Of a DNA stretch of 64,000 nucleotides, positions 49,447 through 59,761 are shown in pieces. This stretch comes from Candidatus Bathyarchaeia archaeon (GTDB taxonomy: Archaea > Thermoproteota > Bathyarchaeia > Bathyarchaeales > Bathycorpusculaceae). Numbering within the stretch: the first letter of the stretch is position 1; each line of letters begins with the position of its first letter. The notes under the pieces were generated by a model. That model saw only the letters and a list, made by a program, of their open reading frames with translations. It was not told where the DNA came from and did no database searches. Location: assembly GCA_037481775.1 (NCBI GenBank), contig JBBFKZ010000001.1:32001-96000 (forward strand). The letters run 5' to 3'. A program made the translations under genes and the position numbers.

Positions 49447-50248
49447 TTGCTAAAGCTCCAAAAACTTCAGGTGGCAGTTTCCTCACACGTTGCTGACTTA
49501 ACGGTAAAGAAATAGCCAAATTTTCGGCGTCTTTGCTGATTTTTAAAGTGCTCGCAATGAAAGATACAAGTGCATTGCGAAGTTTCTTATTACGTTGCGT
49601 AAAAAGATACTTGACCATTCGCCTAAAAAATTCTTTATTCTTTACTTCGAAAGGCGCGATGCTCCAGGGGGCTAATCGCACTATTACTGAATCGACTTCT
49701 GGTGGAGGATAGAATAGCGAGTTAGGAACAACGTCAAAAAGCTCAACTTTCGCGCTGTGATAAGTTATAACCGTTAACCATCCGTAATCTTCACTTCCTA
49801 CAGCAGCTACAAGGCGCCGAGCAAAATCTTTCTGCAAAATTAAAACTGCACATTCGATTTTCTGTTCAAGCAACCATGTCAACAAGCGTGAAGACAGATA
49901 ATACGGTGGAATTGAAACCACCTTGTTAAACTCGGGTAACTTTGCCCGTAAAACATCATCTCTAACTATGGTCACATTATTAATGCCTTTGAGTTGTTCA
50001 CGTAATACTTCAGCAATGCGTGGATCTTTCTCGACAGCTATTACGGCTTTACACTTATTAGCTAAAAAGCGCGTTAGAAAACCAAACCCCGCGCCAGCGT
50101 CCAGCACAACATCAGTTTTATTAAGCGAAGCATAATCGCTCAACGATGGAAAAATCGAAGCATTAATCATAAAGTTTTGCCCCAAAAGCTTATTCGGAAC
50201 AATTCGATATTTTCGAAGCAAACGCTTCGTTTCCGAAATGCTCATCAT
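49430..50248 (-). CDS. rsmA: 16S rRNA dimethyladenosine transferase
   Basis: LGQNF, DAGAGFGFLT, YG.L.V and F.PPPEVDS. Confidence 0.93.
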   Translation of the reverse strand: MMSISETKRLLRKYRIVPNKLLGQNFMINASIFPSLSDYASLNKTDVVLDAGAGFGFLTRFLANKCKAVIAVEKDPRIAEVLREQLKGINNVTIVRDDVLRAKLPEFNKVVSIPPYYLSSRLLTWLLEQKIECAVLILQKDFARRLVAAVGSEDYGWLTVITYHSAKVELFDVVPNSLFYPPPEVDSVIVRLAPWSIAPFEVKNKEFFRRMVKYLFTQRNKKLRNALVSFIASTLKISKDAENLAISLPLSQQRVRKLPPEVFGALANALTN

Positions 50249-50255
50249 TTACGCC

Positions 50256-50840
50256 TTACTGCGCCCGCGTGAACAAACGATACTTGCTTTGACCTTCAAG
50301 TTCCTCCATAACCCGCTTCGCTATAAGCTTCACAGGATTAGGCAACTCGGTTCGCTTCTGCAAGTCCTCAAAGCTTTCGAAAGGTCGCTTTTCCCGTTCA
50401 TTAATGACTTGCCACATGTACTTCTTGCCGATGCCTGGAACCAACTCCAACGCATGCATGCGAGGCGTAATTGCACGTGCAGTATTAAAAAAGTTCACAA
50501 ACCACTGTTCACGATTCAACACTATCCGAGTTATAACGCTTGGAAGTTCTGCCTTTGCAGCAGCCGTCAACTCGTCAAAGCCAATACGCCCAATAATATA
50601 CGTAACTTCCTCACGTGCATCCTTGCCTACGTATACACGGTCATTGGGCTTTAGCACCAATCCTTCCTTCACCAGAGCCTCTAGTAAAGTGAAAAACTCC
50701 TCACCTATGCATTGAATTAGGGCTCCCGCTCGATAGCCTGCCCTGCCTGCTGGGCGGAAACCTGGACGCCCATGCGGCAAGAAGTCTAACACGTAAGCGT
50801 ACTCTTCGTATCGCTTCTCCATACTAGTCACTAAGTCCAA
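50256..50840 (-). CDS. DUF655 family RNA-binding protein
   Basis: EEYAYVLDFL, FTLLE, FFN.A..IT.RMH.LEL.PGIGKK and conserved synteny with rpoF. Confidence 0.9.
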   Translation of the reverse strand: MDLVTSMEKRYEEYAYVLDFLPHGRPGFRPAGRAGYRAGALIQCIGEEFFTLLEALVKEGLVLKPNDRVYVGKDAREEVTYIIGRIGFDELTAAAKAELPSVITRIVLNREQWFVNFFNTARAITPRMHALELVPGIGKKYMWQVINEREKRPFESFEDLQKRTELPNPVKLIAKRVMEELEGQSKYRLFTRAQ

Positions 50841-50879
50841 TTCTTTATTGGCTGTTACTGCTTAAAAATTCTTAGTCGA

Positions 50880-51230
50880 TTAAGAAGCTTTAACAGTTCT
50901 GCTGTCATTTAAAAGCGCTATAATTGCTTCCAACTTGGCTGTTTCAATTATCTTGCGACCGCCAGCCAAAAAAATTCGCAGTTCGTCTACAGTCTCGGGC
51001 ATACAATTCACAATTTGAACTGCTTCATCCTCCTCAAGACCAAACTCCGTCACAAACTTTTTCAAAAGTTTCTCCGCTGTCTCAGCGTCAACTTTAGAAA
51101 ACTTGTTCACATAATCCAAAGTGCGCCTTTGGAACTGATCCAGATTCTCCTCTCCGATTGCTTCCAAGAGCTTCTTAACCTGCGGTAACGTGAGTTTATT
51201 TTCGGTTAATTCATTCTTTCCCATATTCAA
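50880..51230 (-). CDS. rpoF: RNA polymerase subunit F (Rpo4)
   Basis: QRRTLDYV.KF, AVQIVN.MP.T.DELR and synteny. Confidence 0.9.
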   Translation of the reverse strand: MNMGKNELTENKLTLPQVKKLLEAIGEENLDQFQRRTLDYVNKFSKVDAETAEKLLKKFVTEFGLEEDEAVQIVNCMPETVDELRIFLAGGRKIIETAKLEAIIALLNDSRTVKAS

Positions 51231-51535
51231 CTACCTGTGTATGGCTCTAAATGTTCAGAACGAACAACTATCTCCTTCACTGCGTCCCCACTGGGTACGC
51301 TCACTACATACCCACGTCTGCGCCGCTCTATTACGGTACCAATTTTGCCGTGAAAACGTTTATGAGGCATACCTTTCTGAACACTTGAATCCATCTTGAT
51401 AATAACCTTGGATCCAGGCTCGTATTTAGTCAACAGTTTAATAAGCTTCGGTTTACCCTTCTCACGTGGCTTCTTTTTCAGAATACCACGCGCTCCAGTG
51501 TGATAACCTTTTGAACCACGCATATTACTTTTCAC
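51227..51535 (-). CDS. rpl21e: 50S ribosomal protein L21e
   Basis: KGMPHKRFHGK.G and VRSEHL. Confidence 0.94.
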   Translation of the reverse strand: MKSNMRGSKGYHTGARGILKKKPREKGKPKLIKLLTKYEPGSKVIIKMDSSVQKGMPHKRFHGKIGTVIERRRRGYVVSVPSGDAVKEIVVRSEHLEPYTGS

Positions 51536-52875
51536 CTTGCACAGTCATTTATGATAACGTTTAAAACGTCAAGCTTTAGAGGCTTCGCTTTATTTCCAAG
51601 CAGATCTGAAACGTTGGGCATTGTTCTTCCATCATCTCCAGATACCAATTCTTTAACATAGAGACCGCCTTGGCAACGAATTTCCATTAAAGCCCTCCTA
51701 AGCGACACCTTCTTAACTTTAACCTTATATATGTACTTTTCTCGGGTCAGATCCGCTCTCCTATGCAAAACACGCAAAGGCGTCTGTTGCTTAACCATAG
51801 CACCACTAAGCTTTTCCTCCAAAAGGCGTAAGGCATCTTCGGAAACCTCATTCTCAAATTCGATAAGCACACGATATTCTTTCTGCGCTAATTCTGCCTT
51901 CTTTAATCGCCTAACAACTTCTTTGCTGGTAAAACGTAAATTGGAAACCTCCACCTTTCCATTAGCATGCATGTTAACAGCGGTTTCAAGTGCTTTTAGA
52001 TCTAAAAAACGTTTTTTAGGCTTTAAAATTTCAATTACAAACGGTCGCCCCTTACCCAACATCCTAGCGTCAACATCCTCTCTCCCCGATGCATGAAATG
52101 CTGTGTTCTCACCTTCTGTCGCTTCCAAAAATTGCTTGGAAATAAGTTCCTCCACTGATTCAGAATACATCTTGCCTGTTCCATCGCATTTTTTGCAACC
52201 TTTCCCGTGGCAACTTGAACAGAACCATTTTGACTGAGGAATATTCCTGACAAGTTTCCTATATCTACCAGCAATAAAAAGCGAGTTAACCTGAAGCTTA
52301 ACTTGCTCAGTGAAAGGGTTAATTATTACAACTATGTCAGGTCGCTTATAATCTACCTCTTTGCCTGTTAGCGCAGAGATGCCTTTTCCTAACAATCGTC
52401 CAAACTCGTGTTTAATACTTTCACCGTAACTCACGCTGAATTTGGCTTTAAACTCGTCTTCACGCTCTTCAATAGCAATAGGCAATTCTACTCCAACCAA
52501 AAAAGTGGAATATTCATAGTCTATAATGGCTTGAAGAGCCTTTTTAATCAAACTTTCCAGAAGCTGAAACTTGCCTTCACATAGGAAACACATTTTTGCT
52601 TGCTCTTTTTTGGGGATTCTTCTTTTAAGATGCTGTAATGTTTCTTGTGCTTGCCGAGAAAAGCCGTTGCTCACAAGAATTTTTAGCCTCTTAATGCCCT
52701 CATGGTTCTTTGCCATGACGAGAGCGCTAGCTTGCATGGTTAATCCGAGTTTTAACGCGCTACCCCTATCTTTATTTTCTATGTTGTAACCAAGTAGCGC
52801 GAACTGGCGACCAAGGCAGTTGTCGCATAGAGGATACTTACTAAGCATTGTCAGTGCTTTTTCTAAAACATCCAT
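51532..52875 (-). CDS. pus10: tRNA pseudouridine(54/55) synthase Pus10
   Basis: CDNCLGRQF, GRYRKL.R.IPQ, SGREDVDARM and GGLYVKEL. Confidence 0.95.
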   Translation of the reverse strand: MDVLEKALTMLSKYPLCDNCLGRQFALLGYNIENKDRGSALKLGLTMQASALVMAKNHEGIKRLKILVSNGFSRQAQETLQHLKRRIPKKEQAKMCFLCEGKFQLLESLIKKALQAIIDYEYSTFLVGVELPIAIEEREDEFKAKFSVSYGESIKHEFGRLLGKGISALTGKEVDYKRPDIVVIINPFTEQVKLQVNSLFIAGRYRKLVRNIPQSKWFCSSCHGKGCKKCDGTGKMYSESVEELISKQFLEATEGENTAFHASGREDVDARMLGKGRPFVIEILKPKKRFLDLKALETAVNMHANGKVEVSNLRFTSKEVVRRLKKAELAQKEYRVLIEFENEVSEDALRLLEEKLSGAMVKQQTPLRVLHRRADLTREKYIYKVKVKKVSLRRALMEIRCQGGLYVKELVSGDDGRTMPNVSDLLGNKAKPLKLDVLNVIINDCAR

Positions 52876-52885
52876 TACAAAGAGC

Positions 52886-54220
52886 CTACCTGAAATCTGT
52901 TGGAAAGCCTTTGCCCATGAAAGGTAGTTTCTTTTTACGTTTGAGCATTTTTAGCATTTTCCGCATTATAACATACTGCTTCAAAAGTTCTTTAATGTCT
53001 CTTTCGTTTGTTCCTGAGCCACGGGCTATACGCCTCACTCGTGACGCGTTTAAAATTTTAGGATTTTCTTTTTCTTCAGGACGCATAGACTGAATTATCA
53101 CACGCCACTTTTCAAGGCGGTTTTCAGCCGTGTTCAACATGTCCTCTGGTATGTTGTAAGACATGCCAGGTAACATGTTAAGGATTTTCCTGAACGGCCC
53201 CATGCTCTTTACGGCTTCAAACTGCTCGTACATATCGGTTAAGGTGAATTTGCCGCTGAGTATCGCTTTGGCTTTCTTCTCAGGAACTTTAATTTCTGCT
53301 TCGCGGACTTTCTCGAGAAGAGTTTCCAAATCACCCATGCCTAGGAGTCGACCGATGAAGCGTGAGGGTATGAAGGACTCGATGTCTTCGGTTTTCTCGC
53401 CTGTACCTATGAATTTTATAGGCGCACCTGTAGCTGCAACTGCGGAAAGAGCCCCACCGCCTCTGGCTGATCCATCTAATTTCGTCACTAATATTGCGCC
53501 TATGGGTGTTGCTTCATGGAAAGCTTTCGCTTGTATAAGCGCTTGTTGCCCAATTGTACCATCGATAACCAGAATAACTTCGTCAGGTTTGATTTTAGCC
53601 TCAAGGGTTTTCATTTCCTTGATTAGTTCCTGTTCCTCTTTATGGCGTCCTGCAGTGTCAACTATTATTAGATCTTTATCGCTGAACTGCTTTAGCCCTT
53701 CGAAAACCACTTTGACAGGATCTTTTGCCTTTGGGTCGCCAAATACTGGAATGTTGATCTGTTGTGCCAACTGTTGAAGTTGTGCGTACGCGCCAGGGCG
53801 ATAAGTATCTGCGCATATTAAGGCAGGTTTTAATCCTCTTTTCTGGAAGTACCGTGCAAGTTTAGCTGCTGCAGTGGTTTTCCCAGAACCTTGAATTCCA
53901 ACAAGCATTATTATTTTCTTTTTTCCAGGCTCCATTTTTATTGGAACAGGTTTGTCGCCTACAAAACGGGTTAATTCTTCGTAAACTACCTTTATCACGT
54001 GCTCCCGTCTTGAAATGCCGGGAGGAACTTTTTCTTTTAAGGCTCTTTCTTCTATTCGTTGAGATATCCCTAGGACAAGCTGAACGTTAACGTCAGCCTG
54101 TAGCAAAGATCTTTGGATGTCACGGACAAGTTCCTTTACAGTAGCCTCATCTATAACTGAAGCCTTGAAAACCTTCTTTAGCGCCTCGTAAAGAGAAGAG
54201 CCCAAGCGGTCTAAAGCCAT
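52886..54220 (-). CDS. srp54: Signal recognition particle 54 kDa protein
   Basis: GIQGSGKTT, DTAGRH, TKLDG and RIARGSG. Confidence 0.97.
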   Translation of the reverse strand: MALDRLGSSLYEALKKVFKASVIDEATVKELVRDIQRSLLQADVNVQLVLGISQRIEERALKEKVPPGISRREHVIKVVYEELTRFVGDKPVPIKMEPGKKKIIMLVGIQGSGKTTAAAKLARYFQKRGLKPALICADTYRPGAYAQLQQLAQQINIPVFGDPKAKDPVKVVFEGLKQFSDKDLIIVDTAGRHKEEQELIKEMKTLEAKIKPDEVILVIDGTIGQQALIQAKAFHEATPIGAILVTKLDGSARGGGALSAVAATGAPIKFIGTGEKTEDIESFIPSRFIGRLLGMGDLETLLEKVREAEIKVPEKKAKAILSGKFTLTDMYEQFEAVKSMGPFRKILNMLPGMSYNIPEDMLNTAENRLEKWRVIIQSMRPEEKENPKILNASRVRRIARGSGTNERDIKELLKQYVIMRKMLKMLKRKKKLPFMGKGFPTDFR

Positions 54221-54389
54221 TTATGTTTCCAGCCTTAAGAAACAACTTAAAGCGGCTTTAAATAAATATATTGCAGCGAAAAGTGAAGCCTCAGCGCTTT
54301 TATTTCTTCACAATTCAGACGGCTCTTCATGCATCATTGGCTTCATGAACTATATGTTGGTTCAGAGAAATAAACTTTGTAAGTGAACG

Positions 54390-54782
54390 CTATTTTGTTC
54401 TAACGATTTTAACGCGGCCCATTATTTTCCAATACTCAACTTCTGTGCCTACGGCAAGCTTATCTTTCAGATCTTCTTCCTCGGGAATAGGGGCATCAAC
54501 GTACTCATATGTCTCTAAATCCATTATTTGGATGCTGTTTGGATTAATAGCAAATACTTGTCCCGGCCTCTTGTCGATAATTGGAATCTCTGCAGTGCTA
54601 TCCACGGGCTTAACGAACTGACGTTTCTGACCGTCAAAGATGCCGATGGCAACTATTCTGGCTTTGGCTGAACCGTGTTTTCCAGGTTTTGATTTGGTTA
54701 TGTCCACTATGCGGCATGGTTCATTATCGATAATCATGTAGCCGCCAACACGTAAACTTCCAACATCAACTGGTTTGCTCAT
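54390..54782 (-). CDS. eif5a: Translation factor aIF5A
   Basis: SKPGKHGSAK hypusine loop. Confidence 0.96.
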   Translation of the reverse strand: MSKPVDVGSLRVGGYMIIDNEPCRIVDITKSKPGKHGSAKARIVAIGIFDGQKRQFVKPVDSTAEIPIIDKRPGQVFAINPNSIQIMDLETYEYVDAPIPEEEDLKDKLAVGTEVEYWKIMGRVKIVRTK

Positions 54783-54865
54783 ACACTCACCAAAGGTTTC
54801 ATTTACTCAAAGCAATTTTAAACAACATCCATATATAGCTTAAGGTAGCGCTATTTACTTCAGCG

Positions 54866-55714
54866 GTGAAAATATTGCTTAAAAGTGTGGGGCTAGTTGC
54901 CCGTTACGATAAGAAAAATGCAATAAAGCTTGTAGAAAAATTAACAGAACACCTTAGAAATAAGGGTTTAGAAGTGTACATAGAAGACACATTAGAAGGG
55001 AAAATTGACACAAATGCAAAGTTTAGCCCGCTTTCAAGCATGAAGACAGATTTTATAATAACGATAGGCGGCGACGGCACCATACTAAGGACGTGCATTG
55101 CCGCACCTAAACCTGAACCACCAATATTAGCCATTAACATGGGCGTGCGAGGCTTTCTAACGGAAGTAGAACCAAAAGACGCATTCATAGCTGTGGAAAA
55201 ATGCCTAAAAGGCGAGTATAAAATTGAAAAATGTTTCAAGCTTACAGTCTCTAGTGGAGAAGCACCAATGCCTGATGCTTTAAATGATGTTGTTATTTCC
55301 ACAGGGGAACCCGCAAAGGTACTCTACATGGAGATATTCAAGGATGATAAGCCTATTCTAAAATGTCAGGCAGACGGATTGATATTATCTACGCAGACAG
55401 GCTCCACTGGCTATTCGCTTTCGGCGGGAGGACCAGTCGTAGATAAAGAATTAGACGCATTCGTTTTAACGCCTATTTGCTCCTTGACAGTATTCCGATC
55501 AATAGTATTCCCAGCAGAGACAAGAGTCACTGTCAAAGTCATTAGACCACAAAAAATGCTGATCTTAATCGATGGAAACTACCGGCAAGTTGTAACTGCA
55601 AAAGAACCCACTTTGACAGTTACACGCTCCAAAAACATGAGTTCCTTCATTAGGTTCAAGGATGATTTCTATAGTCGTCTGCGAAGCCGATTATTGTTTA
55701 GGGGAATGGGATAA
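54866..55714 (+). CDS. nadK: NAD(+) kinase
   Basis: GGDGT, LND and DGLILSTQTGSTGYSLSAGGP. Confidence 0.94.
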   Translation: MKILLKSVGLVARYDKKNAIKLVEKLTEHLRNKGLEVYIEDTLEGKIDTNAKFSPLSSMKTDFIITIGGDGTILRTCIAAPKPEPPILAINMGVRGFLTEVEPKDAFIAVEKCLKGEYKIEKCFKLTVSSGEAPMPDALNDVVISTGEPAKVLYMEIFKDDKPILKCQADGLILSTQTGSTGYSLSAGGPVVDKELDAFVLTPICSLTVFRSIVFPAETRVTVKVIRPQKMLILIDGNYRQVVTAKEPTLTVTRSKNMSSFIRFKDDFYSRLRSRLLFRGMG

Positions 55715-55747
55715 AAAATTCAGAGCCGCAACCAAAGCAAGCGAGTC

Positions 55748-56257
55748 ATGATAATAGATACTTCAGCATTTTTAGCGGGCTTTGACCCTTTTTCAATAAG
55801 TGAAGATCAAGCTACAGTGCCCAAAGTCAGAGAAGAGATAAGAAGTAAATCGATGGAGGGAGTACGCTTCGAGACAGCTGTGGAAAACAGAAAATTAAAA
55901 GTCAAGGTGCCCTCCAAAGAATACTTAAATAAAGTAAAAACTTCCGCAAACAAGGTTGGTGACTCATTTTTCTTGTCAGAAACGGATATGCAGATTTTGG
56001 CTTTAGCCTTAGAGTTCAAGGCAGCAGGCTACATCCCTCAAATAGTGACGGACGATTATTCAATACAAAATGTTGCCACCAAAATGGGAATAGAGTTTGC
56101 ACCTCTTGCAACATTCGGGATTCGCCGCCTTCTGGAGTGGGTTAGATATTGCCCCGCATGCCGCAGAGAATACATGGCTGATTATAGTTCCACAAAATGC
56201 ACAGTTTGTGGAACTCTTCTTAAGAGAAAACCGCGAAAAATATCTAAAACCACTTGA
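55748..56257 (+). CDS. nob1: Nob1 PIN-domain rRNA-processing endonuclease
   Basis: IDTSAF, LSETD, TDDYSIQNVA and a C-terminal CxxC...CxxC ribbon. Confidence 0.92.
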   Translation: MIIDTSAFLAGFDPFSISEDQATVPKVREEIRSKSMEGVRFETAVENRKLKVKVPSKEYLNKVKTSANKVGDSFFLSETDMQILALALEFKAAGYIPQIVTDDYSIQNVATKMGIEFAPLATFGIRRLLEWVRYCPACRREYMADYSSTKCTVCGTLLKRKPRKISKTT

Positions 56258-56407
56258 GTTCTGAAATCTGTTTTATCGTGGCATCAGTATCCTCTGCATT
56301 AACGTATAGCACCTTGTCAGGTAATAAAATCGAGAAAAAAGAAAGTTATTGGGTACATTTCCTTGGAATTAAAGCAGAGTAGCGAATGTAACGTAATGAG
56401 CGGGGAC

Positions 56408-58237
56408 CTACAGAAACGCAAGAAACAATATTAAAAACAGTCCTTCAGTCGCAAAAATTGGAATAAGTATGCGTTTTGCTCTTTGAAGAGCCTTATCAAC
56501 AAGCAATGATAACGTTTCTAATCGAGTCTTTCCGATCACTCTGACATTAGGCACAACGAAGCGGGTATATCCAGCTTTACAGTGTTCTAAGCGTGTTGAC
56601 GCTGCTTTTGCTGCTTCCTGGATGTAATTGATCAGGGTTTTATGGTTCATGATCTCTCCCACAGGATGGTAACCGCGACTACCTAAGACCACAGCACTTA
56701 CTGCATGTGTATCGGTTGTAAAAACTTCGCTCGCATGAAAACCTGAAGCCCTAAGAGCTGAAAGGATTTCTTCACGTAACCCGGAAACCATGTTGTTGCC
56801 GTCAATAATTATGTAGGCGGTTTTCTGTTCAGCTACCTTTACCACAATTGCTGTGATGCCACCAGGGCCCATTCCATCTTTCAAACCAAATTCTTTAGGG
56901 AAAACAGTAGCAGATCCGACTTCAAACGGGTAAGAAGGCAAAGCCACAGCTTTTTGAAGACATTGGGACGCAACCGTATGCAACGTGTCTAAAGACACCT
57001 CTTCATCAACTGAGTCATTGATACTGTTGTGGGCGTTTACGATTATGCTACATTCAATACCATATTTTTCTGCTTCTTCTCTAACTATTTGTCCTAACTG
57101 CTGCGGCAGATCTTCGGTAGTTTTTGGTGCAAGCGTGAAAGAAAGAAAAACTGCTTTCCCAAAAATTTGGCATGAGGCAGTAACAACGCCATCAGTAACT
57201 TTAACGAAGGGTGTTGCTCTATCAGCGACAGGCGAAACTAATTTTGCACCATTAATAACGTGACTTACTATTTTCTGATTCTGAACCTGTGAAGCTAAGT
57301 CAAGCTCATGACCAAGTATTCCTAGAGGTACACATGCGTCGCAACCAAACTCTTTTTCGAAATCCCGTTTAAGCATGGACGGTAGAAGACTGCTTCCAAT
57401 GTTCTTAAAGGGACCAGGATGAACAAGAGGCACTATAATCGCTGCTTTAGGCTTATAAGAGTCAAATTTTAAAAGCGTAACTTCAATGTCTTTATCTTCA
57501 CCCAATTTTTCGAGAAATTCCTCAAAGGGAAGATTGAGCCCGACCACCCAGTTGAGCATGAAAGCTCTGAAAAGAGGCATAGAGGGTAAGCCATACACGC
57601 GCTGCCCCAAACGATCAATGAGGAAAACAAAGACGAAAGCAGAAACGAATCCAACTATTGGCGAAATCGCCAAAAAAGGCAGAACCCTAAAAGTAAAGGC
57701 GCTATTAAGGGTATGCCAAAAAACCACAAATGAAGTGATGCAAGAAAACGGTTGAAGGAAGGAAGCAAATAATTGCTTTAAGATAGTCGATGAAGAAGTT
57801 GAAATGAATACAACTGCACGCAATGTCAGCACAGCGGCGAAGCCTAAAAGGCAGAGCTGAATCCACAACCATGGATTGAATATCATGCCGAATGCGACTC
57901 CGAGCAGAATGAAAATCAGCCAGAGAATCCAACAGTAAAGTGAGAGCGCAATTGTTCTTCTCAGAATATATATTGGGTCATTTCTTAAGATTATTCTGCT
58001 CGTTACATAATCAAATAGAAGGGTTATAGCGAAAAGTGAAGCGCCAAAAGAGATAACACTGAACAGCATTTCAAACGAAGGAAAAAGAGCAAAAGTAGAA
58101 AGCCCGATTACGCCCATGCAGATTGCCGCTATTGCGCCGATTGACCTTCGGAAAGAAGGAAGGAAAAACATGGAAGAGTAATGTTTCAGCGCCATATTCA
58201 TAGAGTGATTAAGTGGATCCCCATTTGACATATCCAT
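56408..58237 (-). CDS. DUF2070 family membrane protein
   Basis: N-terminal multi-TM region, VHPGPF..IGSS.LP, HELD, AHN, DGNNM and TTDTH. Confidence 0.88.
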   Translation of the reverse strand: MDMSNGDPLNHSMNMALKHYSSMFFLPSFRRSIGAIAAICMGVIGLSTFALFPSFEMLFSVISFGASLFAITLLFDYVTSRIILRNDPIYILRRTIALSLYCWILWLIFILLGVAFGMIFNPWLWIQLCLLGFAAVLTLRAVVFISTSSSTILKQLFASFLQPFSCITSFVVFWHTLNSAFTFRVLPFLAISPIVGFVSAFVFVFLIDRLGQRVYGLPSMPLFRAFMLNWVVGLNLPFEEFLEKLGEDKDIEVTLLKFDSYKPKAAIIVPLVHPGPFKNIGSSLLPSMLKRDFEKEFGCDACVPLGILGHELDLASQVQNQKIVSHVINGAKLVSPVADRATPFVKVTDGVVTASCQIFGKAVFLSFTLAPKTTEDLPQQLGQIVREEAEKYGIECSIIVNAHNSINDSVDEEVSLDTLHTVASQCLQKAVALPSYPFEVGSATVFPKEFGLKDGMGPGGITAIVVKVAEQKTAYIIIDGNNMVSGLREEILSALRASGFHASEVFTTDTHAVSAVVLGSRGYHPVGEIMNHKTLINYIQEAAKAASTRLEHCKAGYTRFVVPNVRVIGKTRLETLSLLVDKALQRAKRILIPIFATEGLFLILFLAFL

Positions 58238-58503
58238 AATGCACCAGTTAATTGATCGGTAATGGAATTAAAGTATGCCTATTAAAATTTAGCTGAAGTA
58301 CGGAAGTAATCTTTGCACCAGTTGATACATATTCTTTTATAATGTAGTAGAAGTTGCTTTAATTTTTTAACATAAAACAGTCAAAGAACAGGGCAAAATG
58401 TAAAGCTAAACTTGCACGTGAGTCATGGATTTAATCAATAATTACGGGAGCAAGGGCTTTATCTCTAAATCGCTAATTATAATGTTTCTGCGAAGTAAAG
58501 ACT

Positions 58504-58788
58504 ATGCCAGAACAAGAATTGCCACCTTCCATATTCTTAATGCTTGAAAAAAACCTGGGCAAGAAAATCAGGGTCATTTTAGACCCAACCTACGGGTTTG
58601 AAGGTACACTAGCAGCTGTGACTCGTGAGCCACCGACAATATGGCTTTCAGACGCTGAGGCAATTGTTCTAAGATCGACAATTGCCCAGCCCATACCTCA
58701 AGTTACAAGCCGCGAAGAAAGAAGCGAATTGTTCTTAAACCTTAATTCAGTTCAAAGAATAGAAGTTTTACATCCGCCGCGACGATAA
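58504..58788 (+). CDS. Divergent Sm/Lsm-fold protein
   Basis: L...LGKKIRVIL....FEGTL....I.LSDAE Sm1-like pattern and ELFLN.NSV Sm2-like pattern. Confidence 0.6.
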   Translation: MPEQELPPSIFLMLEKNLGKKIRVILDPTYGFEGTLAAVTREPPTIWLSDAEAIVLRSTIAQPIPQVTSREERSELFLNLNSVQRIEVLHPPRR

Positions 58789-58807
58789 AAGGTGACTAAA
58801 CAGCCGT

Positions 58808-58978
58808 TTAAACTGGGAAAAACACTTGAGCAAGCACAGACACTACTATTAGAGCAACCGCGAGAATCACTAGAAGCTCTGGTCTAATTTTGATGCCTTC
58901 AGTTTCTTCTTCAAAAAAGCGCAGTAAACCAGCGCTTGCAGCAGGCATCGGAGCAGCATCTTTCTTTTTCTTACTCAT
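58808..58978 (-). CDS. secG: Preprotein translocase subunit Sec61beta/SecG
   Basis: Below the ORF-track length cutoff. Manual translation: MSKKKKDAAPMPAASAGLLRFFEEETEGIKIRPELLVILAVALIVVSVLAQVFFPV (AGL.RF...GIKI.P plus TM). Confidence 0.92.
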   Translation of the reverse strand: MSKKKKDAAPMPAASAGLLRFFEEETEGIKIRPELLVILAVALIVVSVLAQVFFPV

Positions 58979-59155
58979 TCTCACTTACCTTGTTTGTTGG
59001 ATACTATTACAATTTTATTAGTTTTTCTTCTTTATTATTAATGTTGCGTATGCTGTTGAAAGTATATAGCAAAGAATCAGCTAAAACTAGTTTGCCGCTC
59101 TATCATACTGAAGTTTTAAACGATAGAAGCAGAATAAAAGGTGTAGCTAAAACGG

Positions 59156-59455
59156 GTGAGTAATATGCATATACGCGAGTTTCAAGAGATGATGCGCAGT
59201 TTATACTTTCGCAGAGATTATGAACGAGGCATAAAAGGCACATACAAATGGCTCACAGAGGAAATTAAAGAATTAGGAGAAGCGATTGAAGAAGGAAACA
59301 ACAGAGAAGCGATTGAAAAAGAGTTTGCTGACGTTATTGCGTGGCTAGCCTCACTTGCCAACATAACAAGTATTGATCTTGAAAGCGCCGCAATTAAAAA
59401 GTATAACTATAAATGTCCAAAATGCCAACAAGCACCCTGTAATTGCATTACCTAA
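59156..59455 (+). CDS. MazG-like nucleotide pyrophosphohydrolase
   Basis: WLTEEIKEL, EFADVIAWL and a C-terminal CPKC..PC.C. Confidence 0.9.
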   Translation: MSNMHIREFQEMMRSLYFRRDYERGIKGTYKWLTEEIKELGEAIEEGNNREAIEKEFADVIAWLASLANITSIDLESAAIKKYNYKCPKCQQAPCNCIT

Positions 59456-59715
59456 TCGATTAAGCGCTTCTGACCCATACCTGTAAGCATCCAAAGTGTT
59501 GGTCGCTTGCCTTTTCGATTAACTATCTCTTCATTCTCGAGAAGCCGCAGATGATACATCACAGCCCCATAAGACAGGTGAATTTCGTTTGCTATGGAGA
59601 TTGTATCAGACTCACGGGTTTCTATTGCGTTTAGAATTTTTGTTCTAGCTATAAGCCCGCTTTTTACGTTTTTTACGCGCTGGAGATAAGCGTTCGGATG
59701 AAAAGCTTCTTTGAT
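59452..59715 (-). CDS. Winged-helix (ArsR-like) regulator with an apparent ATC start codon
   Basis: Open frame IKEAFHPNAYL...ARTKILNAI...IANEIHLSYGAVMYHLRLLENEEIV...W. GGTGA RBS lies 6 nt before ATC. No ATG/GTG/TTG precedes the HTH. Confidence 0.7.
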   Translation of the reverse strand: MKEAFHPNAYLQRVKNVKSGLIARTKILNAIETRESDTISIANEIHLSYGAVMYHLRLLENEEIVNRKGKRPTLWMLTGMGQKRLID

Positions 59716-59761
59716 AGCAGTTCACCAGAAATAAATATACAATCAATGTTGAAAAGCTTTC

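Noticed and set aside
58936-59163. 75-aa plus-strand ORF
   Set aside because: It overlaps sec61beta on the opposite strand and the AT-rich divergent promoter, so it is spurious.
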